DNA of 64,000 nucleotides, taken from positions 25,792,001 to 25,856,000 of the forward strand of contig CM060731.1 of assembly GCA_030704615.1 (NCBI GenBank), given 5' to 3'. Positions within the stretch are counted from its first letter, which is position 1. The number at the start of each line of letters is the position of its first letter. A program made the translations under genes and the position numbers. Shown here in pieces: positions 1 to 13,409 of the stretch. The DNA comes from Takakia lepidozioides (Eukaryota > Plantae > Bryophyta). The notes under the pieces were generated by a model that saw only the letters and a list, made by a program, of their open reading frames with translations, searched no databases and had not been told where the DNA came from.

Positions 1-109
1 CCATACACAAGGAAAGGAGGGAGCAAATAACGCCTGTCATATATCTATGTTAACTGCTCCTGTACATAGCCCCTAGAGTAGGGGTGAGGTCCATATACAT
101 GCACTTCTC

Positions 110-3100
110 TTGGAGCTCTCTTCATGTGTAGTTTTTGGGGTGAATCCCAGGATGGACAATGTGTCCTTTAAAACTACATGCTCCAGGTTAGGCTTGGATT
201 ATATGGCTAATGGTTCCATCTCGAGACTTGATAACAGAGGTACTTTGAAGGTTGCAATGCCCAAAAATGCCACTAATAGAGTCTCACATCAATTCAACCT
301 CAAAGAAGTTCGTCCCTTGACTGGCTGGAGAGCGGTCTTAGACATTGGTGATTCAATGAGGCGCTCTAGGAAGACAACCAAGGGCAGGGACTTCAACTTG
401 AAAGTTTCTAACCGGTTTGATGCACTGGATGAGGTTGATTCCAAGCAGTCAGACAGACAAACTGACCCTAAGAGTGATGAGCCTGAGCGTCGTGTAACTG
501 AAGGATTTGGTACCTTGAATGGTTTACCAATCCTTAAAAGTTTACACAAGACGAGCAAAATCTACACACGGGGTAATTGTCCCCCCCTTTCGCAGAACGT
601 TTGGCAGTCCAGGAGCAACGATAGGCTACCTAGACGACAAACAATTCATATGGCTTTAGGCTGGCACTTTCAATTTCTCAGGGCTGACTAACCAAAGGAA
701 ATAATTCGAAGTGGGACAAGTTTTTCGGGCAAATGATGTTCATATCTGTGCTGGGCAAGAGACATGGGGAACTTTGGACAAACTGGTTGGAGATGTCAAT
801 GGTTATGAATGGATCGGTAAGATGTGCGCTCTTAAGGCAGCCTCTGCCAAATGTGGTCAAAAAGGGGTTGGCTTCTCTGTCCGTGACTTCTTGTGTGACA
901 ATTGTGAAATTATCAACAAGGGTTTGCAGTATGAGCACAGTATTTGGCTAAAACTGAGACTGAAGGGCGGCGTGAATACGAAGGACCTCTTTGTTGGTTG
1001 TGTTTACAAGCCCACAGAGGGGACCCTTATTGCTGACGCAGACAAAGCCTTCAAAGACGTAAAGCTGGACTGTGTTAAGTTCCTCGCCAAAGGTCAGGTG
1101 GTCTTATTGGGTGACTTCCATGCCCGGGTGGGCAAAGGTCTTCATCAGGATGATACCATTGGGCCTTTTGGTGGGGACAAGCTGAATTCTAATGGTAGAT
1201 GGTTAATAAACTGTCTGGAATAACTTCAACTTTTGACCTTGAATAATAGGTCAGAAGGAGACCAAGTGCAGCGCACTCGTGAGAAAGCCCAAACTGGAGA
1301 ACGTTCCATTGTGGATTATATCATAATGGACAAAAATTTGTTTCCCCAGAGTGCCAGTGTGTTGATCGACAAAACTGACATTGGTACCTCTGACCACTTC
1401 CTGGTTTGGACTGAGATCAAAAGGTGTTTTCCAACACCAAACGATCTGTGAAACGTGCAATTCGGAAGTGGCGCATAGAAAAATTCCAAAATGAAGAGGT
1501 CAAGGCTGAGTATGTCCAGGCCTTGCAAGAGGCTCTCCCTCATTTCGTCCACTCGCTCCAAGACCTTCAATCTCGCTCTGGCAATGCAATGAAGTCGAAA
1601 GAGCAGTGGATTCTTGGGAGAGTGTCGTCTCCTCTGTGGCTGACAAGCTCATTTGGGAGGAAACTAATGTCTGCGGTAGAGCTGTTAATTGGTGGACCAA
1701 TGAGATTAAACTCAAGATTGGTGAGAGACTAGTCCTCTATAAAGAGTGCTGCAATTTGAATACCAACAAAGAATTGTGGGACAAGCTATACGGGAAATAA
1801 CTCAAACCACCACGGTGGTAATGACAAGATATTCTGGTTGGCCCTCCAACGTTTGTACCAGCCGAAAAACTGTCAGCAAGTACAAGCGCTGAGGACTACT
1901 AAGGGTGCAGTGGTGACTTCAATGAATGACTTTGTCAAAACCTTTGAAACCCACTATAGTATCCTTGGCAGAATTTCTGAGTCTAACAGTGAGGGGTCCT
2001 CTGAAGAATGGAAGGACAAAGTTGGAAAAACTGTTCCTATGATTCAAGACACCCTGATGAATTGGAGTAAATTTGAAAGGCTTACAACGCCCCCATTAGT
2101 TCTTCTGAGATTGCGGAAGCAATTGAGCATTTAAACGGATAAAGCTGGTGGATCTGATGGCACAGTCAACAAGCTTATCAAGCACGGTGGCGATCCCATG
2201 AGAGAGGCCCTTGTACTTCTCTTAACTTTATCTGGAGGACTGAAATGATCCCCTTTCGCTGGTGACAGGGGGTCATTGTCAATCTATACAAGAAGGGTGA
2301 CAGAGAAGAACAGGGGAACTACTGAGGCATCATGCTCCTCAATGCAGTTGGCAAGATATTTTGCAGAGTTCTAAGTACTCGTCTCGAGGTTGATCTGGAA
2401 TCTAGAGGTTGTTTCCACAAAGGCCAAGCTGGCTTTCAGCAGAACAGGGGCTGGGTGGATCATATCTTCACTCTAAGCCAGATTATCCAGGGAAGGAAAA
2501 AGAAGGGAAACCCGTCTTATTCTTGGATGTCAAAAAGGCTTATGACATGGTGGAGAGACGGTCTATGGCTCCGACTCTGGTCATGTGGGATCAGGGCAAA
2601 GATGTGGAGAGTTGTCCATAACTTGTATGCTCACACCAAAAGTTGTGTCACTGTTAATGGACAGTCTAACTTCTCTGACATAGACCAAGGTGTAGCTCAA
2701 GGATGTACCCTCTGCTGTTCAATATTTTCATCAATCAACTCCTCGAGGATGTGGAAAGTGAGGGATTTGGGTTAAGGGTGGGTGATGCCACCATACCAGC
2801 CCTTATGTTTGTGGATGACTTCGCAGGCATAGGGGAGACTCCTTCCAATCTCCAGGAGTTGATTGATTGCGCGAAGAGATATTTTGACCTTTGGGGGCTA
2901 GAGGGCTAATGTCAGTAAATGTGCAGTGGTGGCATTCAACGACCGAGGAGAGGGAGGAGGGGATCTCAAGTGGCAGCGGGGAAGCCAAGAGATTTCGGTC
3001 CTCCCCTCCTACACATACCTCGCCGTTGAGTTTTCCTCCAACTGTAATTGGGATGCACATATCCAGAAAGTTGTTCAAACTGGCAAGCACAAAGTGCTGG

Positions 3101-4168
3101 GTCTCACTAAATTTTTCCACTGCAGAGGGATCAACTCTGAGGTAAAAAAAACCATGCTTTGTCGCGTTATTAGACCTGCCTTGGAGTACGCATCTACAAT
3201 ATGGGTTGATAACTCCAACCAGGCTAAGTCTCAAGAATCCATTCAAGTGGGGGTGCTTAAGGAGTGCATGTCAGCATGCTCCAAAACATCCAAGGTGGCT
3301 GTTTGGGTCGAGTTTGGCATCCCTTCCTTAAGCTCCCGACGAGATGAATTCAAGGTCAGATGGTGGGGTCAGCTGCAACATAAGTCCAACATAAGATATC
3401 CTGAATTAATCGACTCTATATCTTGGAAGCGGGATCGCCCTGTCAAACAGGCTAAGTCCTGCTGGAAGAGAGTAGAAGAGATTCTCAAGGATCTGAATCT
3501 TAGCCCGCAAGTCTTGACCCTGCTGGATAAATCTGACTTAGAGGCTGTAGTGTCCAAAGCCATGTCTGTTCCCAGGAAATTGTCTGATGAAATGAAGTTA
3601 GGCAGAAAACTTCCCTGAACTTGTTTCCAGTCAGTGACATGGGGGAGGACATCATGGATGACCTCAAGGGTCTACCCACTCTCGACAGTACTAAGTAGAC
3701 TGAGATTTAAACTCAGGGCGGGAAGCCTACCTTTGAACAGCAAACAGAAGCAGAGAGGAAAGGGAGAGTGCACTTGCCCGTTGTGTGGGCAACCTGAAGA
3801 CAATATTCATTTCCTGATTAATTGTCCTGGGTACTCTCATGAGAGAGACGCCCCCTTCAAATCCATCAAGGGAATCGCACCTGTACCTCTGTTTACCAAC
3901 TTTGAAAGTCTCGAGGCTGAGCCAAAAGCCCAGGCCCTTTTGGGGCCTAGTTATTGGGCAAACCACACACAGCAGGTTGATGCCTGTGTAAAGGGATTTC
4001 TAGAGGTTATCTGGGAAACCGGATCAATTACTTATCCCAAGGTAAGTCTTACTACTGGCGTCAGCCCCTGAGAAAGGTAGGTTCTGTCCCTTTGTGTTCC
4101 GCTCAAACTGGGCACGGGGTCAATTGCCACAAGGCTGCGGCAAACAACATCTTATGAGTACATTCTCT
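110..4168 (+). mobile_element. Decayed non-LTR retrotransposon (LINE; APE + RT + C-terminal Cys/His knuckle, RTE/RTEX-like)
   Basis: Frameshifted ORF pieces in canonical order: AP endonuclease (GQETW, VGCVYKP, LLGDFHARVG, SIVDYII, SDHFLV; 711-1450), RT (QAGF, DHIFTL, FLDVKKAYD, GVAQGC, LMFVDD, YTYL; ~2130-3030) and CPLCGQPEDNIHFLINC (~3770-3826). 3' end set by comparison with the second copy; 5' boundary uncertain. Confidence 0.9.
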
Positions 4169-4599
4169 TGGAGCTTGCAAGGGGGTTTTGGTGGGACGTG
4201 TGATGAGTCTCACTGCAAAGCCAACTTTTGTTTTGTTGATGAGGCCTAGACCTCACATCATACAAGAAGAATAAGCCAACTCTTCCACCTCCCAATGAAC
4301 GTACTCAAGCCTGTCATCCACCGCTGCAAAGGATATGAGAAGTTCTGCTGGAGCTGCTGCTCAGTATGGATTGCAAGCCTTGAGTTAGTTAATTGTTCCT
4401 ACAGCAGCTTTTGATACAGTTCTGCAAAGTAATCTGGGCTCTTATCTCTGCTTGATACATTGAAGAAACCTACCACAAGTTTCAGATTTTGACATAAATC
4501 ACGATCCCAGATTAATCTGGACTCCTCCTTTGACACTTCCATAGAGCTCCAATATCCAAACTAGAATTAGAGCCATAACTTGATACCCATCCACCATCA

Positions 4600-5260
4600 G
4601 CCCAAGGTGGCATCATACAATTACTTGTTGTCACCCAAGAAGGGTAGGCACTGCCAATCTAAAGACCTGAGCCTCTCGTACGCCTGAAGTCTGGTGACTT
4701 TGGGCATGTTGTGCGGAAACAGAGTGGCAAGAGCTTTAACGACAGCTTGCTCTATGCCATTTGAGGAGACGACAAAGAGCTGATGGAAGGTGAACAAGGG
4801 TTTCCATTACGCCCACGGCCCTTCACAGCTCTTGTATGACTTCATAGTCCAAATGAGGCGCAGAATCATCTGCGGTGGGCGGAGAGCACTATTGAGCTGG
4901 ATTTCTCCAACCCAGAAAACAGAAAGACCAACAAATTGAGCAAATAGGCAAATATCCATACCTTTCTTTCAGCTGGAGAGGCTTCATAACCATCAACTGC
5001 AAAAACTGCCAAGGGTATACGCCCATCAGCGTAAGCCTGCATCATGTGAGGCTCGAGCAAAAGGGAAGATGAGGTGAGCATTATGAGTTCGTCCTTCATC
5101 TTTTTCTGTAATTTTTTAAGGAAACCCGAGCGACGGTTACAGGCCATTGAGGGGGAGAATTGACCCCTGAGGCGCACAGGACGAAGGCACGAAGTCTCCC
5201 AATAGATCAGGACGACATCCCCTTGGAAATATCTTTGGACACATGACCTTGTACACACTA
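4600..5260 (-). pseudogene. Possible intron-containing gene fragment of unknown family
   Basis: Frame ...DGYEASPAERK, a GT..AG intron-like segment (~4870-4960), then MILRLIWTM...LFPHNMPKVTRLQAYERL with stops. No family recognised. Confidence 0.25.
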
Positions 5261-5387
5261 GGTTGGCTCACCTTCCCACTCAAACCCTCAGAATCTGGCT
5301 GGCTATCATAAGGTCAGAGGCACTGCCATGACAGAACCCAGCTCTCCAATACTGCTTCATGTGCATCTCTCTCTCATGTCATGAAGA

Positions 5388-6390
5388 AAAACAATGCTTT
5401 GCCGCGTTATTAGCCCTGCCTTGGAGTACGCATCTGCAGTATGGGTTGATAACTCCAACCAGGCTGTCTCTAAGTAGAATCCATTCAAGTGGGGATGCTT
5501 GAGGATGCATGTCAGCGTGCGCTCCAAAACAACCAACGTGGCCGTTCGGGGTGAGTTTGGCATCCCTTCCTTAAGCTCCCGACGAGATGAATGCAAGGTC
5601 AGATGGTGAGATCAGCGACAACACATGTCCAACATCAGATACCCTAAGTTAATCGACTCTATATCTTGGAAGCAGGATCGCCCGGTCAAACAGGCTAAAA
5701 GTCCTGGCGGAAGAGAGTAGAAGAAATTCTAAGGATCTGAATCTAGGCCCGCAGGTCTTGTCCCTGCTTGGATAAATCAGACTTAGTGGCTGCCATAGTG
5801 TCCACAGCCACGTCTGTTGCCAGGAAATTGTATGATGAAAATGAAGTTAGTCAAGAAACTTCCCAAAACTTGTTTCCAGTCTGTCACATGCGAGAGGCCA
5901 TCACGGACATTGACCTCAAGGGTTTACCCACCCTCGGCACTAGACTGAAATTTAAACACAGGGCGGGAAGCCTACCTTTGAACAGCAAACAGATGCAGAG
6001 AGGAAAGGAGGGATTGCAATTGCCCGTTGTGTGGGCAACCTGAAGACAATATTCATTTTCTGATTCATTGTCCTGGGTACTCTCATGAGAGAGACGCCCT
6101 CTTCAAATCCATCAAGGGAATCGTGCCTGAACCTATGTTTGCCAACTTTGAAAGTCTCGAGGCTGAGCCAAAGGCCCATGCCCTTTTGGGGCCTGGTTAC
6201 TGGGCAAACCACACACAGCAGATTGATGCTTGTGGTGAAGGGATTTCTGGAGGATGTCTGGAAAACTCGGATTCGTCAGCCCCTGACAAAGGTAAGGTAG
6301 TTTCTGTCCCTTTATGTTCCGCTCGAACTGAGCGCCGGGTCAATGGCTACAAGGCTACGGCAAACAACGTCTTATGAGTACATTCTCTCT
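5388..6390 (+). mobile_element. 5'-truncated second copy of the same LINE (3' ~1 kb)
   Basis: Aligns by eye with ~3150-4168 (ATGCTTTG..CGTTATTAG.CCTGCCTTGGAGTACGCATCT; CGQPEDNIHFL). Both copies end in CTTATGAGTACATTCTCT. Confidence 0.9.
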
Positions 6391-6590
6391 AATGTCCTCC
6401 TCCCAATTCCGGACCTCTTCAGACTCAGACCGTCTGTGAGAATTGGAAAATTTTCCCCGCCTCCAATTCCCCTGGGGACAATTAATTTCATAAACTGTAC
6501 ACATGCATCGCATGAAATGTAACAAGAGCATATTTTGTGGTCCAGTGACGGTTTTGAACAGAGATCTCGAGCCTGAGAGAGAGACATTGC

Positions 6591-8742
6591 TCATGGAAAG
6601 GGACCAGTAACTAAGACACAATTTCCATCCTTCTTCTCTCTGGTGCTACTGGGCCTCGACAGTGCTCCCAACCGGCCCCATCGAGCTCGGCTTGTAGGAA
6701 GATACAGCAACATCTCCGGTCGTGGATGTTGGTCTGCCACCACTACCTCAACTTTCTGATGATTTTTTCTTGTCAAATGGGTCGGTCGAATCACAACGCA
6801 ATCGAGGAGTAGACCACTTCTCCATACCCCTGCTGACATCTCCGCTAATGAGAAACGGAGGTCGATAGGCCTATCCCTTGTCTCCACAACAAACTCGCCC
6901 CCATCGTATTCCAGCCATTTGTCGTCACCTGGTTACAGGTTACTCAAATCCAAGACATCAATTGGTTGTAAAATAGGTCTTGAAAGTCAGCTCTATAGAT
7001 CATTCACCCCAACAGTTTCATGTGCCTGTAGCTCTTCACATAAGCTTACTACGGTCTGTACAGGATTCAGCTCAGATCTCCATCTTTCGCTCTAACTTTG
7101 GCCCCGAAGCAAAAGTTCCTGTTTTGGTATAATTGCGTGTACGTTTGAAGCCAATAATCCTAGTTTAATGCAGAAATTCTCTTTTGAAACTACACCTCCT
7201 GCAGGAGCACAAGAAGACTAACCTTCAGGCCTATTCATGCAATCCAAATAGCGCTCAGATTCTTGATACCAGCCATCACTGGTCCACAGAGTGAATCGAT
7301 AGGGCATGGTATGCTGGAGAGTGAAGTCAGTGTTTGTCCCATGGATGGCCCGATAGATGGGTTGGACCCCAACTTGAAGACGCCACGAGAGGAGGTACGA
7401 TCCAGGTGGGAGCCAGCATTCAAGGTTACCGCTAACTTCAATTCGATCAGCTCCACTCGTATATGCTACCTCCGGAAACCTTGAAAACAGTGCATGAATA
7501 GAAACGATTCCTCAGTCTACCAAGATGCAACTGCAGCCTGATGCAATGAGGATACAACTGAATCTTTATAATGTGATAAATTGAGAATAAAGCATTACCT
7601 TATAATTTCTCAAGACTAAGAAACTGACCTGGAACCAGGCTTGGCAGGAATCCATTCCCACATGCGGTCACGCTCATGAATTCCCAAAATGGACAATGCC
7701 TTGCCTGAAAGGCTCCTGCACACGTGACCACTGGCAGCATCCACCCAGTACTCCTGTTTTCATAATGTTCAGCATGTGCAACCAATCAGAACGACCTCAT
7801 GCTCTCGTGTGACCATGCCCCAAAAACATCACATCCCAGCGAAAAACTCTTTCCCTCTCTCACTCTCTCAGTGCCTGACAGCTTACCTGCATGAGGCGCT
7901 TCCCCTTTAGGCGTCACTCATATTTCCTGAAGTGGTTTTCTTTTTTTTTCTTCTTAACGTCAAACTCAAGGCTACACTTCCATCAGTGGCCAGCCCTATT
8001 GACATCTAACCAACAAGCCCTAACCAATAGCGGCTCCATTTACTGTCTCGTTCCCGGACATTTTCAGGCAGACATATCGGGGCTTCCTGATAAAACAGTG
8101 ATCTTCTTCAAAAGGATCTGCCGATCTGCAGAAGTGGAAAGCATGACTGCACGACTGCCAAACAAGCAGGTGAAAGAAGGTCGCGTACCACGAAGTTCTC
8201 GCCAACCTGTCACATGTACCAAACCCCTCTCTCTTCTACCGGGACACTTAACACCGATTTTGTAGTGCACTGAAGTAAATCTATATTGAATGTGGCCCAG
8301 AATTGCGGAAATTGGTTTGAACTAGAGCTGCAGCATGAATAATTCGAGTCAGATAAAACGAAAATCAAATAACCTGAGTCCCATCTTCGAGCAGAAGTTT
8401 GCTGCAAAAGCAATCGTAGAGCGCCCTCTTAGAGTTGTACTGGATCATATCCGTATTTGATACCAGTTTCAGAATCTTGGAGTACTGAGGGGGCAACATT
8501 TTGTCCCATACTACATCTGATTGAGATGCTCGAAAAAACGTGCAGTTTATCAGGGAGAGCTTCGCGAGCTCTCTAGGAGATACCCATGACAAAACCAAAG
8601 CAATTACTGACTCTGGTAAGTCTGCTAGGCCTATGGTGACCCCATATTCCGCAAATCCATTCTCTATTGCTTTTGAGTCTAGCTGTTCCAGCCCGATGCT
8701 CGCTCTCTTTGTAGTAATGTCCAGCCTGATTTCCTCCCCCAT
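6591..8742 (-). CDS. F-box protein with C-terminal PP2 (phloem protein 2/Nictaba-like lectin) domain; 4 exons, 362 aa
   Basis: Exons 8742-8374 (F-box LADLPESVIALVLSW...SDVVWDKMLP), 7753-7629 (EYWVDAASGHVCRSLSGKALSILG...WEWIP..GSR), 7479-7223 (FPEVAY...LPPGSYLLSWRLQVG...RFTLWTSDG) and 6928-6591 (WLEYDGGEFVV...LRFSL...WRSGLLLDCVVIRP...stop). All introns are GT-AG; the exons total 1089 nt, in frame with no internal stop. Architecture matches plant PP2-A-type F-box proteins. Confidence 0.9.
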
Positions 8743-9970
8743 TATCTAGAGCTCTCACTCTTCGGTGCTGCAATTGCCTTTGGTCAACATGGGAATCTCC
8801 ACTGTCCGTTCTTCGTTGCTTGTTCTCCTTCACTACAGGGTGCCCTCAAATTTCAAGGTCGGTCCAGAACATCTCCAATTGACCACACTTAGTCACACCA
8901 TTCCACCTTTCCTGTTCCTCAAGCTTTCATGATGGAATCTTCACTAGAAACTAGAAACAATCCCCTTACCTAACCACTCTTGCTTGCGCTCTCTCGCTCA
9001 ATTCAGAACATACCCCAGCACTTGACCACTCCCATTCGTAACATTCCACCTTTCCGTCCCCCTTTTACAGATTCAAGCTTCACACTTGTTCTAGACCCAA
9101 CTGAGACCGCAGACCCATCTCATCTGATGAGACCATGTAGGGATCTCAAGTCTCGTCCTAGGCAGCTGACCACAAGGGAATAACAAGCATGTACAAGTCT
9201 TGAGAGCCTCCAAGGCTGTGTATAATATGCAGAGGATAACCGCAGCGATGGGATTCCGTGGGAAGACAAGAGTGGAGTGAGGGAAACCGACAAAACTCTG
9301 CAGCGGCGATCAACATCACATATCTCACACTCTCACTCCAAATTCTTATTTAAATTTAGATTCCAGCATTTTATTTTTTATTTTTTATTTTTTGGACATA
9401 ACAAGTTCCAAATATTATTATATCCGAAAAAATATTATTAAAATTATTATTTTAAGTCATAAATTGATCACAGCAGTGTCTGCAGGGAGCAGAAGAGGAC
9501 AATGGAATATTCTTATGAATAGCCTCATGATATTCTGGAATAATCTCGTTTCAAACAAAATCTGCTCACACAGAAAAAAATGCAAAACGTTGCTTGATGC
9601 ACAAGTGCAAAATCTGAAAGGACTGTATGCTCGTTTCCAGCATGTCAAATCTGCCCCACCCTCTCTTGAGAGTGACATGCTGGAACTGAAGGAGTGTAAC
9701 TCCACTTGGGATTAAAGTGGGTTATGCGAGGGGGTGTGTAACTCCACGCACAGAAGGGAGTGTAACTCACACTTGGTCTTGAAGTCCAAATGCGGCCAAG
9801 TATAAAATGGACTAAGAAGAGTCACAGGAGAGACATTGAAATTACAGGGGGGTCACACCGGCTAGTGTACCAGTATCCGTGGGTTACACTACAATAGCCT
9901 TCCATCAAAAAATCCAAACCGAATATCTCACCGCCAGCACTGCGATCACCACACCATCACGCTGACAAGT

Positions 9971-10252
9971 TGTAGGCCAGTGGTAAAGGGCATATACCAG
10001 GTCCCGAAAATGGAGGAAGGCCCCACACGTGGGCCCTTCTCCTGCATAAAGAACTGCCCGAGAATTCAACTAAAACATTAAAAAAATCGAAGTGTGGCCT
10101 TAGGAATTGGTAAGATCACTCCTCTGTTGCCACATGACCCTTAGGCTAATTCACTGGCAGTGGAACCTAGTTTGAAATACATAATGACAGGGTAGGTAGC
10201 ATTTGTGGAGCATCTTGCGCCGCGGAAGGTGCTCCCTTTAGGGGTCGGCATC
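9971..10252 (+). mobile_element. Degenerate relative of the SINE at 10812
   Basis: Shares TGTAG.CCAGTGGTAA.GGGCATATACCAGGT and GCTCCCTTT.GGG..GGCATC with 10812-10991. Confidence 0.35.
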
Positions 10253-10811
10253 CATTATGTGGCATTGGGGTTACATCTCTAATTCTGGTAATAATAAGAC
10301 CTCCTAGTCGTAAACTACGTAGCGAAGATTCCTTTCTATAACCTAATCCTTTTATTCTAACTTCAACCGACTTAATTCCTGGTCGAATAGCAGTTCACGC
10401 GGCATTCTGCAGTTGCTTGAGGAGCATAATTGGTTGAGCGACGAGATCCCTTGAACCCGGATGAACTTGAGGAGGACCAGAAACATCTGGGTGGCACTAA
10501 GTGCACTTTCCAACTGAGCTACCAACTATTGGTACCCAAATTAATTGAAAACACCTTTAAAATGGTCACTTTCCGTTGTCTAAGCCTACCATGCTAAAAT
10601 ATTATTGCATAAATGGAGTACTTCAAATCATTTGAAAAGGGTTCTTTGTATATCATTTCCTCAAGGAGGGTTTCATTAAACTTCCAGGCAACCTTTTTGG
10701 GCAGATTGAAAAAATCCACACCTTCATTGGACTTTCGCTACTTTACGAAAATTCAACTGACAACTCATGTCACCAAAAGCGCCAGTAGATATTAGGAGCC
10801 TCTTGACAACC

Positions 10812-10991
10812 AGCATGTAGCCCAGTGGTAATGGGCATATACCAGGTTGGATGTGGTTGTGGGTTCAAACCACAGTCTGGTGTGTCATGAAGGTGTCCAC
10901 CTTTCAGCTGGAAGGAAGTAGCCCTTGTGGTGAAGTGACACCATAAGCTACGCTCCCTTTGGGAGGCATCATACTTTACTTTACTTTACTT
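10812..10991 (+). mobile_element. tRNA-derived SINE-like element
   Basis: A-box-like TAGCCCAGTGG (10818), B-box-like GGTTCAAACC (10862), ~180 bp long, with a (TACTT)n tail. Confidence 0.6.
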
Positions 10992-11149
10992 CAGGAGCCT
11001 GCTTTTGCCTCCGTGGACTTGTTATAACGTGCCACCTGTTATATAGCCACTTTTCTAACCCTGCCACCTCATTACTCTCGCCACCCCGGCGCTGGCCGAA
11101 TCTACAAGTGGCCTCTGTGGCGATTTAAAATATAAAGCACTGGTTTTGT

Positions 11150-11345
11150 TGGGCGGGTCCCAGACTGGACCGGTGTCGGTTCTTTTTCAGTGTGTCAAAG
11201 TATACAGACCCGGCACTAGGATACAGGTGGACCCTGGTGAGCTGGACCCGGCGGGGGCCAAGTCAGCTTCATACCCTAGCTAACTGGCCGGGGCTGTAGG
11301 CTCAGACCCGGACCTGGACCCGGACCTGTCCCGGGGTCCAGGTCA
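11150..11345. repeat. GC-rich GACCCGG/CCGGGTC motif cluster (DNA-transposon subterminal-like)
   Basis: Many GACCCGG/GGACC copies; a similar cluster lies at ~18895-19020. No TIR/TSD pair found. Confidence 0.35.
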
Positions 11346-12376
11346 TGTTGTGATCCACTTTAGGTGTAGGTGTCTGGTTCTAACTTAGTTAAAATATTAA
11401 CATGTTCGCAGTCTCACACTTGAAGTGGATACGCGTCTCCATACGCTGCACTACTGCACCTATTCCCACCTCCCTATTGGTCGCTCCCACCGTCCCTATT
11501 TCCTTGACCTTCAAACTATTGGGTACATATACAGTAGTAGATCATAAGGAGTTACATGCTAGGATAATAATCCCTATAAGTATGCCTGTATTTTTCCAGT
11601 TTTTATATTTAATGAAATATAGAAATATTATTTCAAAGTCTTCAAAGGACTACTACCTATTGAGAACCAAGATGTGGGAAAAAAAAAAAAAAAAAAAAGT
11701 GGCACCCGGCAGTCCATGAGCTCAAAGCAGTGCATAAAAGAAGGCATCAACCCGGTCCTTCTCATCGCACTTATCATGACTCGCTAGACATGCCCAAATT
11801 TGGGAGTTCGATGTCTATCGCACACTGGGCTTTTGCTGCAGTGAATCTAAAAAAGGAAGAACACGGGGCGGGACGGAAGAATGTTAATCCTTGGGAGACC
11901 GCACCACAATCCGTTCTTGACAACACCGTCCTGGACAGTTGCTCCGGAGGTCATCCATTCCTTCCAAATTTTTCCGTGTTTAGATACGAATCAAATGCTC
12001 ATCCAACTCCCTGACTCGCTGCAAACTGCTCCAATCCGACAAGCTTCCTGCGGGCATGTAGTCCACGCATTACATATTCCGCATCACCTTCGCATTCAGC
12101 TCCTCACTTCAATCGCTCGGAATCTGAACTCGCCTACACCTAGATCTCGTCCTCTCACACCTTCCACGCACCGGCATCCTTCTGAACCCACAGCAAATCT
12201 AAGCTCCATCCTCTCTATTCAATGCACGCTGCACCGTCCCGATAGTTCCTGCACCTACTTATATATCAACGTCCACGAACCCAAGAGGGCACTCCCCAAT
12301 TCTGCCCTTCCATATGTGCTCACACACCGGCACAGACACACTGTCTACTTTTTTTCCTTATTTTTTTTTTCAGATA

Positions 12377-12622
12377 CAGGGTGTCTAGTGTCTACTCAAA
12401 AGTATCATTCATTCTTAAATTAGAGGATTATCACTCATTCTTACCTAGAGTGGGCCACTTGCACTACCCTACACCCAATATATATAGCCACTCGTACCCC
12501 TTTTCAAAATCCTTAAGAAAAACCCTGATAGGCATGTGCCACCTTTCAAAGCTCAATCGACATATTTGAACCAATATGGAATTAACATGTCGTTTGAACT
12601 TTGATTTGAACTATAAACCCTG
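12377..12622. mobile_element. Tc1/mariner-type MITE candidate
   Basis: TA|CAGGGTGTCTAGT ... ACTATAAACCCTG|TA: imperfect TIRs, TA on both flanks, 246 bp. Confidence 0.45.
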
Positions 12623-13409
12623 TATTGTTGCTCTCAGACTTGGACAGGAATGCCAAGTCTACAGTCTGGTCGCTGTTCTCTATGCATGAGGGCAGCTCTG
12701 TCCGCAGCACCCAAAAGTGTATCGCTATATCTCGCTATATCTCGCCGCCCACATTGATCATCTGATCTTTTGATCTACGGACTGCCCTCATGATCCTCTT
12801 TGATGCTAGCTTTTCTTTTTGTAAGCAAGTGCTTTCATTCATGCTGATCTAGCTTAGCCAGTAAATTAATCATCTCTACTCATGAAGCCTTGCGCGCTTG
12901 GAGTACAAAGAATTCTATTCCCTTGGGCGTGTATAGATTTTCTTGTGGATTCGAGCTCGAACAACATAGTTGGGGTTTTGAATTCGGCATCCCCGCTTTT
13001 GAATCTGTAATATGCTCTTTCTTTGACTAGCATCGATTTCAGCGGTGCTCTTTGAAGTTTGGTGGTCAGGCATATACCGTGTCAAATCAGGGCCTGCTTA
13101 GCTATGTCGATGACTCTTATATAATTTATATCCATCGCTGTTCACCCTGCTGAAACTAATGTATCACTTTCACCTAGCTGTACCGAATTAAGTACACGGT
13201 TACAGGAGGAATAATCGAACTCTTTAAGCTGATCACTTTTGTGAGATGGAGCAGCGTCTAATTGTCCAAGGCCTGCTTCTGCCTACTTGATCAGTGCGAT
13301 ATATTGCTACTGCAGTCCACCTCCAGCCATCTCACTCATGTGCTTGGGCTGAAACGCACTGTACGTGGCCTCCCTCCTGCTCGAGGCAGTAGTTCTTTTT
13401 CGGAAGCTG

